19,463 bases of DNA, from the IMG/VR virus record IMGVR_UViG_3300035241_000016, positions 64,001 to 83,463 of that record, one strand, 5' to 3'. Position numbers and translations under genes: made by a program. Position 1 is the stretch's first letter; every line of letters begins with the position of its first letter. This document shows, piece after piece, positions 1 through 7,262 of this stretch. The DNA is from a virus (lineage: Duplodnaviria > Heunggongvirae > Uroviricota > Caudoviricetes). The notes under the pieces were generated by a model. That model was not told where the DNA came from. It did not search any database and was given only the letters and a program-made list of their open reading frames with translations.

Positions 1-58
1 CGTCCTTCACGGTCGGCTTAGGGGAGGCCGGCCCTTTAGGCTCCACGTCGCAGTTCAC
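1..58 (-). CDS. Possible 5' end of next gene (MNCDVEPKGPASPKPTVKD...), runs off window
   Basis: GTG immediately follows the TAG of the micro-ORF, with GAGG 8 nt upstream; frame open to the window edge. Too short to assess. Confidence 0.25.
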   Translation of the reverse strand, partial: MNCDVEPKGPASPKPTVKD

Positions 59-106
59 CTAGCAGCCTCGCTTGCCAGCCTTCTTGCCGCCGCTCTTCTT
101 GCCCAT
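59..106 (-). CDS. 15-aa Lys/Gly-rich basic micro-protein MGKKSGGKKAGKRGC
   Basis: Manual translation: ATG at 106, TAG at 61-59. Perfect SD AAGGAGG (122-116) 9 nt upstream, in the gap after the TAA of 134..517. Confidence 0.62.
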   Translation of the reverse strand: MGKKSGGKKAGKRGC

Positions 107-133
107 GCGATGCACCCTCCTTTCCGTGTTGGC

Positions 134-517
134 TTACGGTCGCTCGAGAACCGCCGTGCCTTTGACCCGCGTGTGCCCGGCGACGGCCGGGATGGAGATG
201 ACCTTCAGGGCCACCACGTCGCCCACCTTGAGGGCCCGCGCGTAAGCGGCGCCCAGGGCCAGCTCGCCCGTGGAGGCGCTGGCCAGCGTGGGCCGGTCGG
301 ACGTGCTGCTCCATATGGACGCACCGTTGATCTGCACGTCGCACACGGTGCTGCCCGCGCCCGAGCCGGCCCCGCCGGCGTCGAAGCCGATGCCGCCCAG
401 CCGCCCGGCGAAGCGCACCGTCTCCTCCCACAGCACCTGCCCGGCCGTGACGGCCGCGTTGCTGTAGCCCGAGATCATGCCCACCACCCGGGCTGGGTCC
501 GAGCGCGTGCCGGGCAT
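134..517 (-). CDS. Small beta-sandwich putative virion structural protein (127 aa)
   Basis: ATG at 517 lies 5 nt after the upstream TAG (523-525), so preferred over the overlapping 601 start. Pattern 'DVQING.SIW....RPTL...L.VGDVV.L.V' is typical of phage tail/head-associated jelly-roll domains. Confidence 0.7.
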   Translation of the reverse strand: MPGTRSDPARVVGMISGYSNAAVTAGQVLWEETVRFAGRLGGIGFDAGGAGSGAGSTVCDVQINGASIWSSTSDRPTLASASTGELALGAAYARALKVGDVVALKVISIPAVAGHTRVKGTAVLERP

Positions 518-522
518 CGCGC

Positions 523-1155
523 CTAGTCCGTGTACCCCAACGAAATGGCCACGTAGGTAAACGAGCCCGTGGTAGCGCCGGTCACCAGCTGGACATCCCA
601 AAAATCGGTCGCCGTGAGGGTATCCGTCTGATTGGTGACGGAACAGAAGGAGGAGCCAGTGTTGATGGTGCAGGTGTTGTTGCCTGCCCCGTTGTTCTTG
701 CGGAATGTCGCCACGACCGTCTGACCGGAACCACCGACGTTGGTGTTGAGCCGCACGGACATGGACGTGATGGACATCGCCTTACCAGCGAGGACCACGT
801 TGTTCTCAGAGGTTTGCGGGACGCTCTGGCCGCTGGCGATCGGCGACAGATAGTAGGTCGTGCTCTGGGCGATGGTGGCGAAGTTGCCTAGGTACAGGAC
901 GCCAGGCACGGAGCCGGTGACGGCGTTGGGTTGGGGCGTTGCCGTGGGCACCGGCGTTGGCGGCACGGGCGTGACGCACGAGAACCCGGTCCCAGCGTAG
1001 AAGATGTTGGCCGCGCACGTCGGGATCGCCGTCGGCACAGTCACCGGCGTCTGGGTGGGCAGCGGCTCGTCGACGGTCTGCGCCGAGACGCCGGGCGCCA
1101 TCAGCGCCAGGGCCAGCAGGATCAGCCCGGCTGTCCAGCGCTTACGGCGTGGCAT
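523..1155 (-). CDS. Signal-peptide-bearing protein with Pro/Thr linker and C-terminal beta-sandwich domain (210 aa)
   Basis: n-region MPRRKR, h-region WTAGLILLALALMA, c-region PGVSA/Q; PTQTP...PTATP linker; beta-rich domain 'VVATFRKNNG...TCTI...CSVTN..DTL...D'. SD GGAG 8 nt upstream; overlaps the upstream gene by 14 nt. Confidence 0.8.
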   Translation of the reverse strand: MPRRKRWTAGLILLALALMAPGVSAQTVDEPLPTQTPVTVPTAIPTCAANIFYAGTGFSCVTPVPPTPVPTATPQPNAVTGSVPGVLYLGNFATIAQSTTYYLSPIASGQSVPQTSENNVVLAGKAMSITSMSVRLNTNVGGSGQTVVATFRKNNGAGNNTCTINTGSSFCSVTNQTDTLTATDFWDVQLVTGATTGSFTYVAISLGYTD

Positions 1156-1528
1156 CGGACAACTCCATGATGTCCAGGTTCGGCGTGTTCGCCGAGGCGA
1201 TCACCCACACCGGCACTTCCGGCCCGATGGGCAGCACCGTCGTGGCGCCAGGCTTGAGCCGGAAGCCGTTCGTCGCCGACACCGTACTGGTCCCGCCGAT
1301 GAACACAGAATCTGTCGCGTCCGTGTTGAACAGCGTCACCGACACGCGGCCGGCCAGCGGGTTCTTCAGCAGGAGTTGCGCTGTCGTGGTGGTAGCCAAC
1401 TGCGCCGTCGCGATTGGGCCGTGGACCACGCCCACCCGGACGTCGATGCCCTTGACCGGCAGCGGGTGCTGCGAGGTCACCCGCTCTGTCGAGTCGTCGT
1501 CCGTATCGCGCAGATACAGCTCGCTCAT
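1142..1528 (-). CDS. Small jelly-roll virion protein, decoration-like (128 aa)
   Basis: Motif 'RVSVTLFNT...SVFIGG.STVSATNGFRLKPG..TVL......VWVIA' resembles a common small phage structural beta-sandwich; lies in the post-capsid cluster. Confidence 0.72.
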   Translation of the reverse strand: MSELYLRDTDDDSTERVTSQHPLPVKGIDVRVGVVHGPIATAQLATTTTAQLLLKNPLAGRVSVTLFNTDATDSVFIGGTSTVSATNGFRLKPGATTVLPIGPEVPVWVIASANTPNLDIMELSDATP

Positions 1529-1535
1529 GCGCGGC

Positions 1536-2213
1536 CTACTGGGTCAGGTCGGTGAGCGGGATCTCTGCCCAGCAGAACGTCCAGAACCACGTCGGCCCGG
1601 TCGTCCCGGCGTAGGTGTAGACGTTCAGGCTGGCTCCGATGGCGGCCGTCGGCATGAGGTAGATCGGCGCCAGCGGTGTCCACAGATACTCGTTCCGGGC
1701 ACCTTCCGCCGAAGACACGTCCGGACCCAAGGTAATGCCTGCGACGCGCACGCCGTAGCCGGCCGTCCCTGTCGGGTTGGAATACAGGATGACGTTGGTG
1801 TCGTGTGCCACCCCAAGGCTGTCGGTGCGGCTGGACAGCACGGTCTCGGAGGTTCCGCCGGAGGCCCGCTTGGCGATGTTGTCGATCTCGGTGATGATGT
1901 CGATGGCGGCGCCGGCCACAGAGCCGGTCTGGGCCAACTGGTAGTACAGCGGCACCACGGCCACCGGCGCGCCCGCGGCCACCTGCAACGAGAAGGTCGG
2001 CGTGGTGTCGGCGAAGGATGTTTGGCCCGTCACCAGGTCGTTCTCGTCGCCGTCCGAGGCAAAGAACACACGCCCTTCACGTGCCCAGTGATCGATGAGC
2101 GGCGCGGTGAAGATCGCGCCCTCGGGCGTCCCCGACACCTTGCGGGAGCGATTGGCGCCGACGCGTTCGACGGAGCCCGCCACGTTCATGCGAGTGAGTA
2201 GCAGTTCGCTCAT
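1536..2213 (-). CDS. Putative virion structural protein, beta-rich (225 aa)
   Basis: Thr/Gly/Ala-rich beta-strand pattern ending 'WFWTFCWAEIP'; strong SD AGGAAAGGGG upstream; position downstream of the capsid gene. Confidence 0.7.
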   Translation of the reverse strand: MSELLLTRMNVAGSVERVGANRSRKVSGTPEGAIFTAPLIDHWAREGRVFFASDGDENDLVTGQTSFADTTPTFSLQVAAGAPVAVVPLYYQLAQTGSVAGAAIDIITEIDNIAKRASGGTSETVLSSRTDSLGVAHDTNVILYSNPTGTAGYGVRVAGITLGPDVSSAEGARNEYLWTPLAPIYLMPTAAIGASLNVYTYAGTTGPTWFWTFCWAEIPLTDLTQ

Positions 2214-2240
2214 GTCAGTTCCCCTTTCCTCAGGCTCGGC

Positions 2241-3020
2241 CTAGGCCCGGTTGGCCCAATACGCGATGTAGTCGATGTCGATGTTTCGGTCAGTGGTGTC
2301 GCTGGACTTGGACAGCAGGCCCAGGATGAGCCCGTCGCCGCCCTCGATGCCGGAAGCTTTCGAGGCCATGAGCTTGCCGTCGACGAACAGGTAGACGTCG
2401 TCGGCGATGATCTGGATCCGCACCGTCATCCAGGTGTCCGCCGCCAGACCCGAGGTGATGGCCTGCTTCGCCGCCGTCTGGCCGTTGTTGCCCTTGGTGT
2501 ACAGGCCCTGGGTCGTGGTGGAGCCGGTGTGGTCGTACAGGAACGCCGCGACATCAACGGCCGTGTTGAACGTGGGCGTGGTCAGGTTGTTGCCCAGGTT
2601 GGTGTTGGCCGCCGGCTTGGCGTCGAAGAACCCGATCTCCAGCCGCCCCTCCGTGATGACCGAGTCTCGGAACCGAATCTGCATGCCGCAGTCGTTGTCG
2701 CCGTAGAAGAACTTGGCCGGCGTCACGATCTGCAGGCCCGAGGTGGCCGCCGTGGTGCCGGCAACGCCGCGGATAATGGTCGGCGCGGTCGCGTCCGGCG
2801 AGGCCACGGCCCAGGTAGTGGCGGTGGCGCCAGCGCCCACGGTCCACTGGTTGGTGGTGTCCAGTGCCTTGACGCCGAAGTCAAAGCGATCGAAGTGACG
2901 GTCGGCCAGCGCGTAGTGCTCCAGGAAGGTGAAGAGCGAGCTGTCTTTGCCCATCTCCTTCTTGAGCTCGTTCAGGCTCAGCGCGTGGCCACTGCGGGGC
3001 GTGATGCGGGCTCCAGCCAT
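2241..3020 (-). CDS. Concanavalin A/LamG-like beta-sandwich virion protein (259 aa)
   Basis: C-terminal 'WMTVRIQI..DDVYLFVDGKLMA...IDIDYIAYW' matches the ConA-like lectin fold pattern; TGATG coupling with the upstream gene; SD GGAG. Confidence 0.72.
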   Translation of the reverse strand: MAGARITPRSGHALSLNELKKEMGKDSSLFTFLEHYALADRHFDRFDFGVKALDTTNQWTVGAGATATTWAVASPDATAPTIIRGVAGTTAATSGLQIVTPAKFFYGDNDCGMQIRFRDSVITEGRLEIGFFDAKPAANTNLGNNLTTPTFNTAVDVAAFLYDHTGSTTTQGLYTKGNNGQTAAKQAITSGLAADTWMTVRIQIIADDVYLFVDGKLMASKASGIEGGDGLILGLLSKSSDTTDRNIDIDYIAYWANRA

Positions 3021-3508
3021 CAGTTACTCCTTCCGCCCACATGGGTGGGCTCCAACAATTCGGGGGGCAGCTCGATGCGCACCACCCCAGGTTTCCGGCA
3101 GACGAACCAGGCCCGCACGATGCACTCGCGCATGTCCAGCAGCGGCAGCCCGCTCAGCAGGTCCACCGCCGGGTACATGCCCGGCTGCACCTGGATGCGC
3201 TGCCCGCCGTACAGGTCGTAGCCTCGGCGGTTCATCTGCTCGATGTACTTCTTGACGGCCGCGTCCCGCAGCTGCTCGTAGGTGCTCATCCGCACGCCCA
3301 CCGGGATGCGGAAGGTGCCCTCGAATACCCGCGGGGCATGGCCGGTCTCGGGCCCGTAGGCCGCCTGCAGCGCGGCTACGTCCAGCCCTGGAATGGTGAC
3401 GGGCTCCGCTGCCGCTTCCTGGTGCCAGGCCGCCAGCCGCTTGTGGCCGGTCGGAACCGGGTCCACGAACGGCGAGACGACCTCGCTTGAATCCAGCAGC
3501 GCGGGCAT
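3020..3508 (-). CDS. Hypothetical phage protein (162 aa)
   Basis: Coupled at both ends (TGA-C-ATG at 3512-3506; TGATG at 3022-3018); protein-like composition; no motif recognised. Confidence 0.7.
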   Translation of the reverse strand: MPALLDSSEVVSPFVDPVPTGHKRLAAWHQEAAAEPVTIPGLDVAALQAAYGPETGHAPRVFEGTFRIPVGVRMSTYEQLRDAAVKKYIEQMNRRGYDLYGGQRIQVQPGMYPAVDLLSGLPLLDMRECIVRAWFVCRKPGVVRIELPPELLEPTHVGGRSN

Positions 3509-3509
3509 G

Positions 3510-4154
3510 TCAGGCCGCCGACAGCTCCGAATCGACGAAGGCCATGCCCTGCATGGTGGTCAGGCCCGGCACCCGAACCTTGTACAGCCACTCGCCGTTG
3601 TGGTTCAGGAAGTAGACCTTCATCACCTTGGGCCCCTCACCGCACACGTTGCAGTCCTCGCCCACGTGGTACGAGCCAGGGCAGGGTTGGCCGTCGAGGC
3701 GGTTCTGGCAGTGCAGGTCGCCCAGACCGTCCATGATCTCGCCCCAGCTGCGCTCGCCCTTCATGCCGGGCCGCACGACGTCGCGGTTGAGGCGCACCCG
3801 GCTGCCGGCTTGAAAGCGCCGCACGTACTGACGGATGATGTGCGGCGGCAGCACGTGGCTGTGCTCGCCCACGGGCAGACTTCGTTCGCCGCTGCGCTCC
3901 TCGCCAGCGCGCATACCCTGCGTGGCCCGGCGCGTTTCACCGGTGGCCTGCAGCAGCACGTCCATTGGCCGGAAGGTGGTCGAGCCCTGCTTCAGCCCCT
4001 CCAGCTCCGCCCGCAGCGGCGCCACCACCGCCTCCACCGTGCTGGCCACGGCATCCTGGATCAGCCCGGCCAGGTCCAGCCCTTCGGGCAGGCCGGCCTC
4101 CGCCGTCCCAGCCTCTGGCTCGGCCACAGCAGCCGTGCCGCGTTTTGCCGGCAT
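3510..4154 (-). CDS. Hypothetical protein: N-terminal coiled coil, C-terminal SH3-like barrel with 4-Cys insertion (214 aa)
   Basis: Starts 1 nt after the capsid stop. 'RFQAGSRVRL...KVMKVYFLNHNGEWLYKVRVPG...FVDSEL' pattern; C149, C158, C168, C171. Confidence 0.72.
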   Translation of the reverse strand: MPAKRGTAAVAEPEAGTAEAGLPEGLDLAGLIQDAVASTVEAVVAPLRAELEGLKQGSTTFRPMDVLLQATGETRRATQGMRAGEERSGERSLPVGEHSHVLPPHIIRQYVRRFQAGSRVRLNRDVVRPGMKGERSWGEIMDGLGDLHCQNRLDGQPCPGSYHVGEDCNVCGEGPKVMKVYFLNHNGEWLYKVRVPGLTTMQGMAFVDSELSAA

Positions 4155-4155
4155 G

Positions 4156-5019
4156 CTAGGCGCCCTTGAGGTTGACGCCGTGGTCGTTGCGCATGATGGC
4201 CTGGCCGCGGAGCTGCTCCACCGCCACCTTCTTGGCGAAGTAGTCGATGTCGTCGAAGTAGCGGGTGTGGGGCTTCATCTGCACCACCAGCGCCATGCAC
4301 TCCTTCTGGAACAGCAGGTTGTCGTGGCCGGCCGCGTTGGAGCCGTTCACGTTCGTGCTGAACGACACCGGGATGCCCATCCAGGTGCCCAGCACCGACT
4401 CCTTGGCCGCCTTGTTGGCATTGGCGCCCAGGCTGGAGTAGTCGCCGTTCACGAAGTGGTCCAGCTTCATCAGGCCGGCCTTCTGCGCTGGCGAGATGTC
4501 CAGGTACCGGTCGCTCTGGGGCGCGTTGGCGTCGTCCAGGTACTGCACGCCGCGCAAGATGTCCTCGTAGGTCAGATCGGCGGCGTAGGTGCCCACGGAG
4601 TTGGACAGCGAGGTTGCCAGCGCGGTGAGGGCGTCGTCGATCGACAGCGCCAGGGCGTAGCCCTGCTTGGGTGCGTAGGACTTCAGCAGGTCGCGGTTCA
4701 CCTGCGTCTCAGTCGCCGACTCCACGGCGATGGCCGAGTACTCCCAGGTGTTGACCGTCAGGGTGGTGTTGGTCTCGGTGATGGTTTCGTAGATGGTGGC
4801 CGCGTTGGCCGACAGGTTCTTGGTCTGCACCGAAAGATTCGAGATGCCGGGGACGTTCAGGGTTTGCCCCATGACCATCTCCTTCTCGAACTGGCGGTTG
4901 ACCTGGTTGGCCAGCAGCAGCGCCTGCTCGCGCGCCACGATGGCGCTCTTGCTGTAGATGGTGGGGATGAAGACCGCCGCCGTGGTGGCGTCGATGAGCT
5001 CGGTGGTTCCGGTTGCCAC
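4156..5019 (-). CDS. Major capsid protein, HK97 fold (P22/T7-like podovirus coat type; 287 aa)
   Basis: Hallmarks 'FIPTIYS', 'GQTLNVP', 'GYALA..IDD.L', 'LDDANAPQSDRY..ISP', 'GTWMGIPV..STNV'; SD GGAGG before GTG; follows the scaffold; strongly GC3-biased codons. Confidence 0.93.
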   Translation of the reverse strand: MATGTTELIDATTAAVFIPTIYSKSAIVAREQALLLANQVNRQFEKEMVMGQTLNVPGISNLSVQTKNLSANAATIYETITETNTTLTVNTWEYSAIAVESATETQVNRDLLKSYAPKQGYALALSIDDALTALATSLSNSVGTYAADLTYEDILRGVQYLDDANAPQSDRYLDISPAQKAGLMKLDHFVNGDYSSLGANANKAAKESVLGTWMGIPVSFSTNVNGSNAAGHDNLLFQKECMALVVQMKPHTRYFDDIDYFAKKVAVEQLRGQAIMRNDHGVNLKGA

Positions 5020-5036
5020 TTAGTTGATTCCTCCGT

Positions 5037-6395
5037 TCACGAAAGTGCCCCGGTGAAGAGCCCGTCGAGGATCTCGTCCTCTTTCTTCTCGAACTCCTCC
5101 CAGGGCATGTCCTCGATGTCTTTGAGGCTGAACTTCCTCGGCGCGGCTGATCCGCGCGGACCGCTGCCTACGGCGGGGCTCGGCTCGTCACCGTTCAGCT
5201 CGCCCAGCAGCTCCTTACGCAGGGCCTCGCGTTCGTCAGCCTCCCAGGCCGACCGGTCGGCGGCGGCACGAGCTTGCGCCAGCGCATCCACCATGCTGAC
5301 CAGCACGTCGGGATCGATGGTTTTGCCCTCGAATACGGCGCGATATGAGCCGGCCTCCTCTTCGGGTAAGTCATCGGCCAGTCCGGCTAGCCGGTCATGA
5401 AGATCACGCAGCGCGGCCTCTCGGACGCCATTCGTGCGATGCGCAGCGATTGCCCCGAGGGCGTCGCCGGCCCAGGATCCGAACGAGCGTACATAGTCGC
5501 CGTCGTACTGTTTGCCGGTGATGGCCGCTGAGTAGGCGTCCTGTTCCTCTTGAGGCAAAGTCTGAAGCCAGGACTCGAGCGCGGTCTTCGCTTCGGTTCT
5601 CCCGCGGTCGATGCCGGCACCATGACCTTCCTGCCGCAGGGCATTTTCATACGCCTTGCGTCGGGCTTCCTCACGCTGCTGCAGGTGGTCCTGCGACAGC
5701 GGGTGCTCGGGGTCCGCCTCGGCCATCGCGTCGAGCTGCCGCAAGCGTGCCTGCTCGGCAAGCTCGCGCTTCGCATCTTCCCGAGCCGACTGCGCCTCGT
5801 CCTGTAGCTGCCGCCTGAGCTCGTCCACCTGGTTCTTGAGGTCCCGCAGCTCTTTGCGTTCGGCCGCCATGCCTTTGTCGACCATCTCGCCAACTACGGC
5901 ATTGATCCGTGGGTGCTGCCGAAGTTCGTCGAGATCGGCTTTCGCCAAGCCTTCGCGCCAATCCGTTGCCGGTGGTTGGCCGTCTGCACCCTGGCCCTTG
6001 TCACCACCAGTGCTGGCGTCGGCCTTATCGGTGCCCTTCTTGGAGGCCCCCGCCTTCGCTGCCGCCTTGCCCTGTGGCGTCTCGGTTGAGGATGCGTCGC
6101 TTGCCGTGCCCGCCTTGCCCTTGCCATCCTGCTTCGAAGACGCGGTGTCGTCGGAGCCCTTCGCCACGTCGGCCGTTGCCTTCTGCGCTTTCGCGCCGGC
6201 GTCGGCTGCCGCTGATGCCTCGGGTTCGTTGGAGGTGGCGTCGTCGGTGTTGGACTGCTCAGGATCCGCGGTCGCGGCGTCTGCCTGAACCGGCTCCATC
6301 TCGGCTATCGCTTCCAGTACCGCCGCGGGGATCCCCGTGAGCTCGTCGGGTCGCGAGTCGGCCGATGATTCTGGCTTGTGCGCGTTGTCCGCCAT
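5037..6395 (-). CDS. Capsid scaffolding protein (452 aa)
   Basis: Acidic low-complexity N-terminus, long coiled coil, C-terminal coat-binding-type motif 'FSLKDIEDMPWEEFEKKEDEI', directly upstream of the capsid gene. ATG at 6395 preferred over the 6443 start. Confidence 0.85.
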   Translation of the reverse strand: MADNAHKPESSADSRPDELTGIPAAVLEAIAEMEPVQADAATADPEQSNTDDATSNEPEASAAADAGAKAQKATADVAKGSDDTASSKQDGKGKAGTASDASSTETPQGKAAAKAGASKKGTDKADASTGGDKGQGADGQPPATDWREGLAKADLDELRQHPRINAVVGEMVDKGMAAERKELRDLKNQVDELRRQLQDEAQSAREDAKRELAEQARLRQLDAMAEADPEHPLSQDHLQQREEARRKAYENALRQEGHGAGIDRGRTEAKTALESWLQTLPQEEQDAYSAAITGKQYDGDYVRSFGSWAGDALGAIAAHRTNGVREAALRDLHDRLAGLADDLPEEEAGSYRAVFEGKTIDPDVLVSMVDALAQARAAADRSAWEADEREALRKELLGELNGDEPSPAVGSGPRGSAAPRKFSLKDIEDMPWEEFEKKEDEILDGLFTGALS

Positions 6396-6479
6396 ACCTG
6401 CAAAACCTACAAGCCGAGGACACCGCACGCGGGCTGGTAGCACCCGCCCTGCTGGCTACATCACGGAACGAGCGCCAGC

Positions 6480-6508
6480 GTGACCAGCAACGTGAACCTC
6501 GCCATACT
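6480..6508 (+). promoter_or_regulatory. Candidate sigma70-type promoter GTGACC-N17-CATACT giving a leaderless transcript
   Basis: -35 at 6480-6485 and -10 at 6503-6508 with a 17-nt spacer; expected +1 coincides with the GTG at 6515. Confidence 0.4.
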
Positions 6509-6514
6509 CGGTGA

Positions 6515-6724
6515 GTGACACACGTCATCGAGCGCAAGGGCCACCAAGTACGAACCTGCGACGCCGGCTGGGTGTGCGAGTCTCACCCTGACCGACCCTG
6601 GCCGCACGACGTGTGCGCCGGTCCCGGGATGCCTTGCTCCAACGTCAACCGCACCTGTCCTTATTGGCCGGTGACGCCTGCGCGTGATAAATCATCTGCG
6701 CGACCGCCTGACACGCCATTGTGA
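6515..6724 (+). CDS. Small Cys/His-rich putative metal-binding protein (69 aa)
   Basis: 'CDAGWVCESHPDRPW..VCAGPGMPC' resembles a small hypothetical family recalled from other bacteria (not verified); candidate leaderless promoter; overlaps the 3' end of the DUF1828 gene by 80 nt. Confidence 0.55.
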   Translation: MTHVIERKGHQVRTCDAGWVCESHPDRPWPHDVCAGPGMPCSNVNRTCPYWPVTPARDKSSARPPDTPL

Positions 6725-6983
6725 CAGCGTGCAACGTCTTTCCGATGTCGGATGGCTTGCATCTGGCTCGCAAACTGCCACGGTACAACTCAACGTGGTA
6801 CTGAACCAGGATGTCATCGATAATCGCCTGCGAATGCGTCTTAGTTCGCGGATCGTAGCCGAGAGTAACCAAATGCCTCAGTGTTTCCCCTCGGTCGGAG
6901 ATAACGATCTCGCCCTCTAGGTCTCTTACCTCCACCTCGATGAGGTCACCATCCGGGTGAGCAAACGGGGTGATGATCGACAC
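6645..6983 (-). CDS. DUF1828-domain protein, stand-alone (no DUF1829 C-terminal domain); 112 aa from GTG
   Basis: 'IITPFAHPDGDLIEVEV...IVISDRGETL..L...G' is the DUF1828 signature; ~55% GC by hand count over 6721-6960. True start uncertain (no clear SD; frame open to 7043). Confidence 0.8.
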   Translation of the reverse strand: MSIITPFAHPDGDLIEVEVRDLEGEIVISDRGETLRHLVTLGYDPRTKTHSQAIIDDILVQYHVELYRGSLRARCKPSDIGKTLHAVTMACQAVAQMIYHAQASPANKDRCG

Positions 6984-7043
6984 CCAGCCGTCAGGCCGGA
7001 CTTCACCAGCACTCCGTTGACTCGCGCTTACCGTCGTCCAGCG

Positions 7044-7253
7044 TCAGCTCAGCGGCTCCATCAGATCGGCTGGCTTGACCCCGAGCGCCTTTGCGAGCTT
7101 TCGAATGGTGGTAACGGTGGCGCTGTCGCCGGCTTCAAGCCGAATTACCGTCTGGCGAGTCACGCCAGCCTTGGAGGCCAATTCCTCTTGAAGTAGCCCG
7201 GCTCGCCCTCTGGCGTCTTTGAGGTGCGGAATTGGGAATGTACTAGCCGGCAC
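7044..7253 (-). CDS. XRE/Cro-C1 family helix-turn-helix regulator (69 aa)
   Basis: 'LKDARGRAGLLQEELASKAGVTRQTVIRLEAG...TIRKLAKALGV....L' is a canonical HTH_3 pattern. Confidence 0.93.
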   Translation of the reverse strand: MPASTFPIPHLKDARGRAGLLQEELASKAGVTRQTVIRLEAGDSATVTTIRKLAKALGVKPADLMEPLS

Positions 7254-7262
7254 TCTGGCGTC

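Noticed and set aside
15-42. GC-rich palindrome (GGCCGGCC) after the micro-ORF as a terminator
   Set aside because: Imperfect stem with no U-tract, and it probably lies inside the next gene's coding sequence.
4140-4180. Possible frameshift-extended capsid (T7 gp10B-like) joining the capsid to the next ORF
   Set aside because: Genes are TAG-C-ATG coupled, but no slippery heptamer or downstream structure is visible.
3835-5400. 521-aa plus-strand ORF antisense to the capsid gene (similarly 1149..2201, 3393..4169, 5656..6288, 15533..16189, 16750..17820)
   Set aside because: Shadow ORFs expected opposite GC3-rich genes; no SD, no motifs, and composition mirrors the real strand.
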